The notes below the pieces were generated by a model. It made no database searches. It was not told the origin of the DNA and saw only the letters and a list, made by a program, of their open reading frames with translations. The position numbers were made by a program, and so were the translations under genes. Shown in pieces: positions 14,320-24,204 of a stretch of DNA of 64,000 nt. Numbering within the stretch: position 1 is the first letter of the stretch; every line of letters starts with the position of its first letter. The stretch spans positions 1 to 64,000 of the forward strand of contig JBCCHT010000036.1 in the NCBI GenBank assembly GCA_039028615.1, in the 5' to 3' direction. This stretch comes from Myxococcota bacterium (GTDB lineage: Bacteria; Myxococcota_A; Polyangia; Nannocystales; Nannocystaceae).

Positions 14320-15680
14320 CCTGGGCGCCAGCGACGACCGTGCACGTAGGTCGCCTCGACGGCCCGGTCGTCGCCCAGGATCATCAACGCGAACAGCGTC
14401 TCCTCGACCGTCTCCGCTCGCCCCATGCGGAGCTCCAGCAGCGGGGTGGCCCCCGGGTCGAGCACGATGACGTCTGCCTCTTTGCCGACCTCGAGGCTCC
14501 CGATGTGGGCATCGAGGCCCAAGCCGCGGGCGCTGCCGAGCGTGGCCGAATACAGGGCCTGAGCCACCGACAGCGGCGCGACGTCGCCCGCCCCGGGCAG
14601 CGAGCGCCGCAGCTGCCCGACCTTGTAGGCCTCGGCCATGGTCTGCAGCATCGAGAAGCTGGTGCCCGCCCCGACGTCGGTGCCGAGCCCGACGTGCACG
14701 CCGGCCCGCCGCGCCCCGGGCAAGTCGAACAAGCCGCTGCCCAAGAACAGGTTGGAGGTCGGGCAGAACGCCACCGTCGCGCCCGTCTCCGCGAGCAGCT
14801 CGAGGTCCCCGGGCGCGGGATGAACCCCGTGTGCCAGCACCGAGCGACGACGGAGCAAGCCATGGTCGTGATAGACGCGGAGGTACGAGGCCGACTGCGG
14901 GTAGAGTTCCTTCACCCAGGCAATCTCGTCGCGGTTTTCGGCCCAGTGGGTGTGCATGAACACCCCGGGGTGCTCCTGCAGCAGTCGGGCCGCCGCCTCG
15001 AGCTGCGCGGGGCTCGAGGTCGCGGCGAAGCGAGGCGTGACCGCGTAGGACAGCCGGGTGCCGGGGCGCTCGTGCCAGCGCTCGATCAGCGCGCGGCCGT
15101 CGTCGTACGAGGACTGCGGGGTGTCGAGCAGCTCGTCGGGCGCATGGCGATCCATCATGACCTGCCCGGCCACGAGTCGGAGGCCACGCGCGGCGGCGGC
15201 CTCGAAGATCGCCTCGGCCGAGCTGCGATGCACCGAGCCCAGCACCACCGCGGTGGTCGTGCCGTTGCGCAAGAGCTCGTCGAGGAAGCGCTTGGCGATG
15301 GCCGCGGCGTGCTCCGGGTCGACGAAGCGCGCCTCGGTGGGGAACGTGTAGCGCGACAGCCACGACAAAAGCTGCTCGCCGAAGGCCCCGATCATCTCCG
15401 TCTGCGGATAGTGCAGGTGCGCATCGATGAAGCCGGGCAGTAGCAGCCGTCCGCGGTGATCGTGCACGGGGATGTCACCCAGCGTCGGCAGCAGCGTCGC
15501 GGCGTCGCCGACCGCTCGAATCTCGCCGCCTTCGACGACGAGCACGCCGTCCTCGACGTGCCGCAGCGAAGGCCCGTCACCACCGGGCAAATCCACGACA
15601 TCCACCAGGGTTCCTCGCAAGGCGTGGCGGTCGGTGGAGGTCGTGGGATCGGACACGACCGGCTGTTCGGAGGCATTCAC
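14316..15680 (-). CDS. guaD: Guanine deaminase
   Basis: PGFIDAHLHYPQ, GEQLLSWLSRYTFPTE, YAVTPRFA, FCPTSNLFLGSG, GTDVGAGTS, GDDRAV; start approximate. Confidence 0.92.
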   Translation of the reverse strand: MNASEQPVVSDPTTSTDRHALRGTLVDVVDLPGGDGPSLRHVEDGVLVVEGGEIRAVGDAATLLPTLGDIPVHDHRGRLLLPGFIDAHLHYPQTEMIGAFGEQLLSWLSRYTFPTEARFVDPEHAAAIAKRFLDELLRNGTTTAVVLGSVHRSSAEAIFEAAAARGLRLVAGQVMMDRHAPDELLDTPQSSYDDGRALIERWHERPGTRLSYAVTPRFAATSSPAQLEAAARLLQEHPGVFMHTHWAENRDEIAWVKELYPQSASYLRVYHDHGLLRRRSVLAHGVHPAPGDLELLAETGATVAFCPTSNLFLGSGLFDLPGARRAGVHVGLGTDVGAGTSFSMLQTMAEAYKVGQLRRSLPGAGDVAPLSVAQALYSATLGSARGLGLDAHIGSLEVGKEADVIVLDPGATPLLELRMGRAETVEETLFALMILGDDRAVEATYVHGRRWRPG

Positions 15681-15829
15681 GGTTTGCGGCAGTCCCGCAC
15701 GACGATACCAAAGCCCAGACCGCCCCGGTGGGCCCGCCAAGGGCAACGACTTCGGGCCTCGCGGGGGTCCCCCCCGGTCAGGGGGCAGCCATGGCAGTTC
15801 GCGGGGGGCCCCTGCTAGCATGACCAGCC

Positions 15830-17155
15830 GTGTCGAGCGCTCCCAAGCCGGGCTCGGGCGACGACGCCAGCTCCCCGCCCACCGAAGAGCTGGCGACGCT
15901 TCCGCCCCCGCGCGCCCTCCCCCGCCGTGCCAGCCTGCGGCCCGAGATCCGAGCCGCGCTCGCGCTCGAAGAGGCGGGCGAGCTCCAGGAAGCCGCGCGG
16001 GTCTTCGAGTACTCGGGCGAGCACGCCCAGGCCGCGCTGCTGCGCATGGAACACGCGCGCACCATCTCGGATGCGGGCGAGCGCCTCGACGTGCTGCGGG
16101 AAGGCTGCGCGCGCAATCCGGGCGAGACCCCCGAGGGCCGGGCCCTGCACCAAGCCCTGGCCGAAGAGTTGCTCGAGCTGGCCGGGGAAGAAGGAGACCC
16201 GTCGCGCCGCCGCAGCCTCGAGCTCGAGGCCGCCCGTGGCCTCGAAGAGGCGCAGCAGGGCGCGCTGGCGGGTGAGCTGTACGAAGGGCTCGGCCTGCTC
16301 GAGCGAGCGGCCCACGCGTTCGAGAAATCGGGCGAGGTGGCCAAGCTCGAGGTCGTGCTCGAGGTGCTCGAGCGGCGCGAGCAGGCCGAGAGTGAGGCCC
16401 TCGATCTCGAGGCCGAAGTCGACGAAGCGATGCAGGAGGGCCGTCGCCGTCAGGCCCACGTGCTGCTGCAAGAACACGCGGATCGACGCCAGCGAGCGGG
16501 CCGTGCCGGTCGACCGGGGCTGGCCCGCCGCCTCGCCACGCTCGAAGGCGCCCGCCCTCGGCCGCATCGGCTCGATCTCGGCTGGAAACAAGGCCGGGTG
16601 ACCTCGGTCAGCGGCGCCTCGCGCTTCGTGCTGGGCCGCTCCCCGGACTCCGACCTCGCCCTGCCCGGCGCACGGCTGTCGCGACACCACGTCGAGCTGT
16701 CCCTCGACACCTCCGACGCGGCGGGACCTCGATTGATGGCGCTGGATCTCGGATCCAAGGTGGGCACCTTCTGGGATGGCGACCCGCTGGAGCCCGGCGA
16801 GCCCGTGCCCCTGACCGAGCGCGGCGAGCTGGGCCTGGGTATGAGCGCCACCGTCGAGGTCGTGCCCTTGCGGGGTCATCACGACGAGCCCTGCGGCGCC
16901 CTCCTGCGCGCGGGGACGCGGGGCGAACACTGGCACCTGTTCCTGCCCGCGGGCGGCCCCCTGGTGCTCGCCCCCGGATTGCGGGTGCCCGCGCGCATGC
17001 TCTTCGATCGCGGCTGGGTGGTGCTCGACCTGGCCAGCGGTATCGAAGCCGAGCTCGATCAGCACCCCTTGCCCGCCGGCCAGGCGGTGGAGCTGCTCAT
17101 CGGTGACCGGCTGCGGCTGATCGGCGCGCCCCTGATCCTCGAGGTCTTGTCATGA
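15830..17155 (+). CDS. FHA-domain protein with N-terminal helical/TPR-like region
   Basis: LGRSPDSDL..LSRHH..DLGSKVGTF FHA signature; N-terminal helical repeats; possible second degenerate FHA at the C-terminus. Confidence 0.75.
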   Translation: MSSAPKPGSGDDASSPPTEELATLPPPRALPRRASLRPEIRAALALEEAGELQEAARVFEYSGEHAQAALLRMEHARTISDAGERLDVLREGCARNPGETPEGRALHQALAEELLELAGEEGDPSRRRSLELEAARGLEEAQQGALAGELYEGLGLLERAAHAFEKSGEVAKLEVVLEVLERREQAESEALDLEAEVDEAMQEGRRRQAHVLLQEHADRRQRAGRAGRPGLARRLATLEGARPRPHRLDLGWKQGRVTSVSGASRFVLGRSPDSDLALPGARLSRHHVELSLDTSDAAGPRLMALDLGSKVGTFWDGDPLEPGEPVPLTERGELGLGMSATVEVVPLRGHHDEPCGALLRAGTRGEHWHLFLPAGGPLVLAPGLRVPARMLFDRGWVVLDLASGIEAELDQHPLPAGQAVELLIGDRLRLIGAPLILEVLS

Positions 17156-18537
17156 CCGCCCAGTGGGCCATGGCCATGGCCGGCGACCCCGACGACGTGC
17201 CCCTGCACGGGGCGCTCGACGAGGTCTTGGGTGCCTTCTACGACGGCGCGACCCGGCCCGAAGAGCTGACCGAGCTCGCCCAGTTCGAACGCGACCTCGC
17301 CCAGGGGCGCAGCGTCGCGTCGCTGATGCCCATGCTGCGCGAGCTGAGCCACGACGGCTTCTTGCGCGGCGCCCTCGTCGTGCTGACGAGCGGGCTGCGG
17401 CGCAACCCCACCGACGAGCGCGCGCCTGCGTTGGCGCTGGTGCTCGCCCGGGAGCTGCTCGATGCCCTCGACCCCGCACTCGGGGTTCGCGTGGCGCGGG
17501 CGGTGCTGGCCGACGCCGAGCTGAAGTCCTCCGATCACCGCCCCGATGGTGTGTTCGTGTCCGGCAACCTGCTGCTGGGCGAGGCCCTGCTCGAAGGCGG
17601 AGACCCGGCGGCGGCGCTGCGTCACTTCGAGGCGGTGCTCTCGGTCGACGTCGATCATCCGCGCGCGCTGCAGGGCTGGAGCGCCTCGGTGCGCTCGCTC
17701 GAAGCCCGCGGCATCACGGCCGAGCACCGCAGCCGCGGCCTGGCCCTGCTCGACGGACTCGACGAGCTCGAGCTTCGCCACGCCTTCGGGGCCGAGCGCT
17801 ACGAGCTGGGCCGCCCGCTGGGCCGAGGCCGGCACGCGGTGGTCTACGAGGCCTACGATCGGCAAGTCGGGCGCGCGGTGGCGATCAAGCGACTGCTGCT
17901 GCCCGATGCCCGCCGCGGCGAGGTGCCCGAGCGCGTGCTTCGGGCCCGCTTCTTCGCCGAGGCCAAGACCCTCGCCCGCGTGCGCAGCCCCTTCGTGGTC
18001 TCGCTGCTCGACGTGCAGCCCCGGCATCGCTTCATCGCGCTCGACCTGTGCCGGGGCGGCAACCTTCGGCTCGCGCTGCGCCGTGGGCTGGTGGGGCCGG
18101 CCGACGTGCCGCGTATCGGCCAGCAGCTCCAAGCCGCGCTCGCGGCCGTGCACTCCTCCGCCGCCGTCCACCGTGACATCAAGCCGGCCAACATCCTGGT
18201 GCGCGGGCGTCAGCGCGGCGCCCCGGTGGCCCTGGCCGACTTCGGCCTCGCGGTGGGTCACGACCCCAGCCGCACCGCCACCAACGCGGGCACCCTGCGC
18301 TACCTCGCGCCCGAGCTCCGCCTCGGTGGAGCCCGGGCCACCCCCTCGTCGGACCTCTTCTCCGCCGGGGTGGTGCTGCTCGAGCTGGCGTTGGCCCCCC
18401 GCCCCCTGCCCGAGGCGCTCGACCGCATCGACGTGGAAATCGACGCCCGCTCCTTCGTGCCCGAGGACCTACCCGACCCGTGGCCCCAGACCCTCACGAA
18501 ACTCCTCGACCCCGATCCCGAGGCCCGCGCGTGGTGA
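17152..18537 (+). CDS. Ser/Thr protein kinase (C-terminal kinase, N-terminal TPR-like region)
   Basis: GRGRHAVV, VAIK, HRDIKPANIL, ADFG, YLAPE, SDLFSAG; ATGA overlap with the upstream gene. Confidence 0.9.
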   Translation: MTAQWAMAMAGDPDDVPLHGALDEVLGAFYDGATRPEELTELAQFERDLAQGRSVASLMPMLRELSHDGFLRGALVVLTSGLRRNPTDERAPALALVLARELLDALDPALGVRVARAVLADAELKSSDHRPDGVFVSGNLLLGEALLEGGDPAAALRHFEAVLSVDVDHPRALQGWSASVRSLEARGITAEHRSRGLALLDGLDELELRHAFGAERYELGRPLGRGRHAVVYEAYDRQVGRAVAIKRLLLPDARRGEVPERVLRARFFAEAKTLARVRSPFVVSLLDVQPRHRFIALDLCRGGNLRLALRRGLVGPADVPRIGQQLQAALAAVHSSAAVHRDIKPANILVRGRQRGAPVALADFGLAVGHDPSRTATNAGTLRYLAPELRLGGARATPSSDLFSAGVVLLELALAPRPLPEALDRIDVEIDARSFVPEDLPDPWPQTLTKLLDPDPEARAW

Positions 18538-19196
18538 CCCGCCGCACATCGCGGGGGCGCCTCGCCTTGGCTCTGGTTGCCCTGTCCTTCACCGCCGCCG
18601 CGTGCGAAGAGGTTCCCCGAACCTACAGCACCCGAGCGGAGGACGGCGTGGTGCTGTTCCGCGACGACTTCGAGCGCGCCGAGCTCGGTCCCGACTGGGT
18701 CCAGACCGGCCCCGGCGCGGTGATCGAAAGCGGCGTGCTCAAGCTCGAAAACCTCGAAAACCACCCGGTTTGGCTGGCCCGCGAGCTGCCCGACGACGTG
18801 CGCATCGAATTCGACGCCTGGGCCACCACGGAGGAAGGCGACGTCAAATTCGAGCTGGCGGGGGACGGCAAGAGCTCGGCCACCTCCATGAACTACATCG
18901 CCACAGGCTATGTGCTCATCTTCGGGGGCTGGAACAACAGCCTCAACGCCATCGTGCGCCGCAACGAGCACGGCCGGCAGCGCGAGACCGTCACCGAGCC
19001 CAAGGTGGAACCCGGACGCCGCTACCACTTCGTGGTCACCCGCAGCGGGGCCGAGTTGCGATGGGAGGTGGACGGCCGCGAGATCCTGGCCTACGAAGAC
19101 GCCGCTCCCCTGCGCGGCCCCGGGCACGACCACTTCGCCTTCAGCGGCTGGCAAGCGCAGACCCACTTCGACAACCTCGTGATCGAGGCCCTTTAA
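18534..19196 (+). CDS. Putative lipoprotein, beta-sandwich (concanavalin A/LamG-like)
   Basis: FTAAAC lipobox; LFRDDF, RIEFDAW, WEVDGREIL, HFDNL beta-rich pattern; GTGA overlap with the kinase stop. Confidence 0.6.
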   Translation: MTRRTSRGRLALALVALSFTAAACEEVPRTYSTRAEDGVVLFRDDFERAELGPDWVQTGPGAVIESGVLKLENLENHPVWLARELPDDVRIEFDAWATTEEGDVKFELAGDGKSSATSMNYIATGYVLIFGGWNNSLNAIVRRNEHGRQRETVTEPKVEPGRRYHFVVTRSGAELRWEVDGREILAYEDAAPLRGPGHDHFAFSGWQAQTHFDNLVIEAL

Positions 19197-22100
19197 GTGT
19201 CCTTCGCCATGCCCCACGCCTTCGGGCGCTACCGCTTGACCCGCCTCATCGGTGAGGGGGGCATGGCCGAAGTCTACCAGGCGTCCGTGCGCGTCGCCGA
19301 GGGCCTCGAGAAGAAGGTCGTCATCAAGAAGATCCGCAAGGAGTTCGCCGACCACTACGAGTTCACCCGCATGTTCGTGGACGAGGCGAAGATCGCCCTG
19401 TCGCTCAACCACGCGAACATCGTGCAGGTCTTCGACTTCGGGCAGGTCCGCGGCGATTTCTACCTCGCCATGGAGATGGTGGAGGGCGTCGACCTCATGC
19501 AGCTGCTGCACGCGCTGCGGCAGGCCTCGCACCCCGTGCCGCCGGTCATCGCCGCCTACGTAGGGCATCAGGTCGGGGCCGGCCTCGCCTACGCCCACCG
19601 CAAGGCCGACGACTACGGCCGCCCGCTGGGAATCGTCCACCGCGACGTCAGCCCGCACAACATCATGGTCAGCTACGAGGGTCAGGTGAAGATCCTCGAC
19701 TTCGGCATCGCGCGGACGCGGGCGCGGGCCATCGAGCAGTTCGACTCCGTTCCCTTCAGCAGCGAAGAAACGATCAAGGGCAAGATCGCGTACATGTCCC
19801 CGGAGCAGGCGCGGGGCAAGCCGCTCGACCAGCGCTCCGACGTCTACTCGCTGGGCATCTGCCTGTACGAGGTGCTCACCGGGAAGCTGCTGTTCCGCGA
19901 GCGCAACCGGCTCAAGGCGCTCAACCTCGTCCGCACCACGCCCGTGCCGCCCCTGGCCGAGGCCGCGCCTCAGGTGCCCGAAGAGCTCGCCCAGATCGTC
20001 ACCCGGGCCCTCGCCCGCGACCCCGACGAACGCTACGAGACCGCTCGCGCCCTGCAGGCCGACCTCGCGCACTTCCTGCATCGCTCCGATCCGGTGGTGG
20101 ACGACGAGGTCCTGGCCAGCTTCGTGGGGCACTACTTTCGACCCGATCCACCCACCGGCCCCGCGCCGCGGGTGGCCGTGCCCGACCGAGGCACGCGTGA
20201 CTTCGACACACAGCACACTCAGTACCCGGTGCGGGCCAGCCGAGCCTCGCAGCGCGTGGTGGTGGTGTGGGTGGCCATCGAGTCCGACGGGGACGCCGAC
20301 GACGATGCCGCAGGCGACGCGGAGCCCTTCGGCGCCCTGGCGCGGGACATCGCCTTCAAGCGCGAGGCCCTGGTGCTGCGCGCCGATGCCGATTCCGTGG
20401 TGCTGGCCTTTGGCGCCCTGCTGCGCACGGGGGGTGACGCCGAGCGAGCCCTGCGTTCCGCCTTGGCGCTGCGCGAGGACGCAGTCGACTCCGCCCCCGG
20501 CCTGCGCCTGGGCTTCTTGGTCGCCAGCGCTCCCGCCGTGGTCCAGCGCGATGGCAAAGGTTCCGTTCGTGTCGAGCTCAAGGGCCCCGTCACGCGGCAG
20601 TTGGCCGCCGCCGCCCGCCAGCACCTCGACGGTTCGGTGATGGTCTCGGGCAACCTGGTCGACCCGCTCTCCGAGGCGTGGCGCTTCGGCGAGGCCTCGT
20701 TCGTCGAGCCGCCGCTCGACGTGACGGGCAGCGCCAGCGCCCCCATTGCCGACCACGAACTCGAGCAGGTCGCGCCCCTGCTCGGCCCCGCCACCCGAGC
20801 CGAGCGACGCTCGCTGGGGGCCCCGGGCGGACGCGCGCTGCTGGTCGGTCGCGAGCTGGAGCTCAAGGCCCTGCGCGACGCCTTCAGCGAGGCCATTCGC
20901 TCCCGACGCTCCCGCGCCGTGCTCGTGACCGGCGAGCCCGGCCTGGGCAAGCGCGCCCTGGTCGAGCGTTTCGTCGCCTCCCTGCCCCGCACCGCCGCCT
21001 GGGTCCTGCGCGCCACGGGCAGCTGGTCGCGCCGCAATGCGCCGATGGGCGTGTTCCTCGACCTGCTCGGTCGCTTCCTCGAGATCGAGCACCACACCCA
21101 GACCAGCACCATCATCGAGCGCCTCCAGCAGCTGGGCATCAACGAAGCCGAGGTGCTCGGCCAGACCCTCGCCACCTCGCTCGGCCTGGCCGATGCGGAG
21201 CCGCCCAACCTCTCGCCGCGAACCCGTCGCGATCGCCTGTGGCGGCTCGTTCGGCGCTTGATCAGCGGGCTCGCCCAGCGCCGACCGGTGCTCGTGATCG
21301 TCGAGAACCTCCAGTTCCACGACGAGCACAGCCTCGGCCTGCTGCGCCAGTGGATCCAATCCGAGCAACCCTGGCCCGTGCTTGGGGTCACCACCGGGCG
21401 CCCGGGCAATCGCCGCGTCGAGGTCGTGCGCCGCGAGCCCCAGGTCACCGAGATCGGCCTCACCGAGCTCGATGCCCAGGCCCGCCGCGACCTGGTCGAG
21501 CGCCGCTTCGAAGACCCCAAGGCCGCCGCGCCGCTCATCGAGGCCGTGCTCGCGCGCACGGGCGGCAACCCGCTGTTCATCGAGCAGACCCTCGCCTCGC
21601 TCATCGAGCGCGGCGTGGTGGCCTGGAACACCCGCGGTCGCCAGCTGGTGGTGCGGCAGCGCGGCGCCCAGGTCGAGCTGCCGCGCACCATCGAAGCCGC
21701 CCTGGGCGACCGCATCGAGGAGATGGCCCCCCGCGATCGCGAGGTCCTGCAGGGCGCCGCGGTGCTGGGCCGCCACTTCCGCGTCACCGAGCTGCATGCC
21801 CTGCTCGAGCGCGAGATCGACGAGTCGATGGCCCACCTGCTCGACCGCGGCTTCGTCGAGCGCATCGAAGGGGCTCGGGTCGGCGCCCAGAGCCACCGCA
21901 TCGCCACCGTGAGCCTGCACGAGACCTGCAAGGCCTCGCTGTCCCCCACCCAGGCCGAGCGCCTGCACGGGCGCGCGGCCGAGCTTCGGCGGGCCCGCGA
22001 CGACTACTCCCCCGAGCGCGACGCCGGACCCATCGCCGAGCACCTGGTGGCGGCGGGGCGCAACGACGAAGCGGTCGACCCGGCCATGCGCGCGGCGCTC

Positions 22101-23489
22101 GACGCCTCGGAGGTCGCGGGCAACGTCGAGGCCTACTACTACTTCTCGCTCGCCGTGCGGGCGCTCGACGAAAACGACCCGCGCTGCTTCGACGTGCTGC
22201 TGCGTCGCGAGCGAATCCTCCAGGTCTGGGGCCAGCGACGCGCTCAGGTGGCCGACATCCGCGAGCTGCATCGGCTCGCCGATCTCATCGGCGACCCGGT
22301 CATGCTCGCGCGCGCCTCCATCCGACTGCTGCGCTTCTATCTCGAGGTCGGACGAACCCAGCCCGCCCAGCGCCTGCTGCCCCGCGTGGAGCAGCGGGTC
22401 GAGGCCGTACCCGAGCCCGAGCCCTTCCTCGCCGCCGTGGCCGAGCTGCGTAGCGAGCTCGAGTTCAAGCGCGGGCACTTCGACGAGGCCGAGCGCATCG
22501 CCCGGGAGGGTCTCGAGCACTGCGCCGAAGACACGCTCGGCCTGCGACAGCGGGCGCAGCTGCGGCGCGCCATCGGCCAGGTCGCGTCCGGCATCGGCCA
22601 CTTCGACGACGCCCGCGAGGCCTTCGAGGAGGCCCTGTCGCTGGCCCGACGCATCGACAACGTGCGCCTCGAGGCCAACCTGCTCAATGCCCTGGGCGAG
22701 GTCGCCGGACGCAGCACGCACTACCAAGAAGCCCACGACTACTTCAAAGCCTCCATCGCCATCGACAAGCAGCTGGGCGACCGCTTCGCCACCGGCCGCA
22801 AGCTCGCCAACCTCGGCCTGACCTACGCCGCCGTCGGCCTGCACCGCCGCGCCGAGCGATACCTCCGCAAGGCCCTCGAGCTCCACGAGGCGGTCGGCCA
22901 CTCCGGCGAATGGGGCGACGTTGTGGTCGCCCTCGGCGAGGTCGTCGCCTCCCTCGGTGACCTCGAGGCCGCCCAGGCCCTGCTCGAAGACGCGGCCGAG
23001 ATGGCCCGACGCCGCGAGGACGTGCGCACCGAGCTGCGGGCCCGGGTCCGCCTCGCCCAGGTGCTCATCGAGCGCGGCCGCGACAGCGACCGCCCCACCG
23101 CCCGCACCGTGGCCGAGCAGGTCCTCGAGACCGCCCGCAACCACGGCCTGCGCACCGCCCGACGCCGGGCCCAGTCCGTGCTGTCCCGCCTCGCCGAGGA
23201 CGAGGGCGACCTGGAGCGAGCCGTCGAGCACGAGCGCGAGGCGGTCATGCTCGTGCGCGCGGGCGCCGATCCCATCGACGGCGTGCGCTCCATTCACCAC
23301 CTCGGCCGCCTGCTCATGGCCCGAGGAGACGCCCAGGAAGGCGCCGCCCTGCTCACCGAGGCGGCCCAGATGCTCCGCAACCGCCTCGACGACCTGCGCG
23401 ACGAGGATCTCCGCCGCGGCTACCTCGACCAGCCAGACGCCCGCCGCATCCTCGTCGACGGGGCCAGCGGCGAGCACGAGCCGAGCTAG
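19197..23489 (+). CDS. Multidomain Ser/Thr kinase - degenerate nucleotidyl cyclase - STAND AAA ATPase - TPR protein
   Basis: GEGGMA, HRDVSPHN, DFG, YMSPE; cyclase-like LAFG..GDAERALRSAL; LVGRELEL, GEPGLGK, GGNPLF; C-terminal TPRs. Confidence 0.85.
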   Translation: MSFAMPHAFGRYRLTRLIGEGGMAEVYQASVRVAEGLEKKVVIKKIRKEFADHYEFTRMFVDEAKIALSLNHANIVQVFDFGQVRGDFYLAMEMVEGVDLMQLLHALRQASHPVPPVIAAYVGHQVGAGLAYAHRKADDYGRPLGIVHRDVSPHNIMVSYEGQVKILDFGIARTRARAIEQFDSVPFSSEETIKGKIAYMSPEQARGKPLDQRSDVYSLGICLYEVLTGKLLFRERNRLKALNLVRTTPVPPLAEAAPQVPEELAQIVTRALARDPDERYETARALQADLAHFLHRSDPVVDDEVLASFVGHYFRPDPPTGPAPRVAVPDRGTRDFDTQHTQYPVRASRASQRVVVVWVAIESDGDADDDAAGDAEPFGALARDIAFKREALVLRADADSVVLAFGALLRTGGDAERALRSALALREDAVDSAPGLRLGFLVASAPAVVQRDGKGSVRVELKGPVTRQLAAAARQHLDGSVMVSGNLVDPLSEAWRFGEASFVEPPLDVTGSASAPIADHELEQVAPLLGPATRAERRSLGAPGGRALLVGRELELKALRDAFSEAIRSRRSRAVLVTGEPGLGKRALVERFVASLPRTAAWVLRATGSWSRRNAPMGVFLDLLGRFLEIEHHTQTSTIIERLQQLGINEAEVLGQTLATSLGLADAEPPNLSPRTRRDRLWRLVRRLISGLAQRRPVLVIVENLQFHDEHSLGLLRQWIQSEQPWPVLGVTTGRPGNRRVEVVRREPQVTEIGLTELDAQARRDLVERRFEDPKAAAPLIEAVLARTGGNPLFIEQTLASLIERGVVAWNTRGRQLVVRQRGAQVELPRTIEAALGDRIEEMAPRDREVLQGAAVLGRHFRVTELHALLEREIDESMAHLLDRGFVERIEGARVGAQSHRIATVSLHETCKASLSPTQAERLHGRAAELRRARDDYSPERDAGPIAEHLVAAGRNDEAVDPAMRAALDASEVAGNVEAYYYFSLAVRALDENDPRCFDVLLRRERILQVWGQRRAQVADIRELHRLADLIGDPVMLARASIRLLRFYLEVGRTQPAQRLLPRVEQRVEAVPEPEPFLAAVAELRSELEFKRGHFDEAERIAREGLEHCAEDTLGLRQRAQLRRAIGQVASGIGHFDDAREAFEEALSLARRIDNVRLEANLLNALGEVAGRSTHYQEAHDYFKASIAIDKQLGDRFATGRKLANLGLTYAAVGLHRRAERYLRKALELHEAVGHSGEWGDVVVALGEVVASLGDLEAAQALLEDAAEMARRREDVRTELRARVRLAQVLIERGRDSDRPTARTVAEQVLETARNHGLRTARRRAQSVLSRLAEDEGDLERAVEHEREAVMLVRAGADPIDGVRSIHHLGRLLMARGDAQEGAALLTEAAQMLRNRLDDLRDEDLRRGYLDQPDARRILVDGASGEHEPS

Positions 23490-23501
23490 ACTCTATTTCG
23501 C

Positions 23502-24125
23502 ATGGTCGTCCGCTCGACGCTGCTCGCCCGCTCCGCCTTCGTGCTCGCTCTATGCGGCGCGGCGGGCTGCGCTCGCACCTCGGTGCTGGTCGCGGAGTCC
23601 GGCGAGCACCGCCTGACCGGCCAGGACAAAGACAGCGGCGTCACCGTGGTGCTCACCAGCGGGGTCTGGGAGGGCCGCCCCACCGAGCTGCCGCGGCAGT
23701 GGACCGTGCTGCACGTGCTCATCGCCAACCTGGGCGACACGCCGCTGCTCATCGCGCCGGGCGACCTCGAGCTCCGCGACGAGCGGGGCTTCCTGCACCA
23801 GCTGCTCGACAGCGGGGCGGTGTTCGAGCTCGCCGACCCCGATGCCGCCGCCCACCACTACGGTCGCACCTATCACCGCGACTACGATCCGGGCGGACCC
23901 ACCGAGTTCGAGCCCATCGAGCCTCCGGGCACCGTGGCCGAGCATGCGCTGCCCTGGGGCGTGCTCGAGCCGGGCACCCAGATGCGCGGCTTCATCTACT
24001 TTCAGCCCATCGAGGGCAACGCCAACCGGGCCACGCTCACCTGGCACCTGGGCTCGCCCGAGTACGAGCGTGTGGTCGACCTGCGCTTCGACCTGGCCGT
24101 CTCGCACACCCGGCGCAAACGCTAG
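23502..24125 (+). CDS. Hypothetical lipoprotein (Ig-like/DUF4352-like beta sandwich)
   Basis: AAGC lipobox; VLIANLG..LLIAPGDLELRDERG and LEPG..MRGFIYF pattern. Confidence 0.6.
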   Translation: MVVRSTLLARSAFVLALCGAAGCARTSVLVAESGEHRLTGQDKDSGVTVVLTSGVWEGRPTELPRQWTVLHVLIANLGDTPLLIAPGDLELRDERGFLHQLLDSGAVFELADPDAAAHHYGRTYHRDYDPGGPTEFEPIEPPGTVAEHALPWGVLEPGTQMRGFIYFQPIEGNANRATLTWHLGSPEYERVVDLRFDLAVSHTRRKR

Positions 24126-24143
24126 CCCTCCTCTCGAACGAGG

Positions 24144-24178
24144 CGAGCCCCGAGCGCCCATGGGGCGACTCGAGGCTC
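24144..24178. terminator. Hairpin between convergent genes
   Basis: GAGCCCCGAG-CGCC-CATGG-GGCG-A-CTCGAGGCTC stem-loop. Confidence 0.5.
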
Positions 24179-24204
24179 ACCGAAGGCTCTGCCGAGCAAA
24201 GCGC

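Noticed and set aside
15681..15829. ZTP or purine riboswitch upstream of guaD (the purH leader 59323-59666 was also checked)
   Set aside because: Only a partial CCACCGGGG-like match; the other conserved elements were not found by eye. An Infernal search would settle it
18300..23477. 1725-aa minus-strand ORF (also 2099..5266 +, 33561..37076 +, 50930..53536 +)
   Set aside because: Antisense shadows of well-supported genes, expected from high-GC codon bias; no domain motifs
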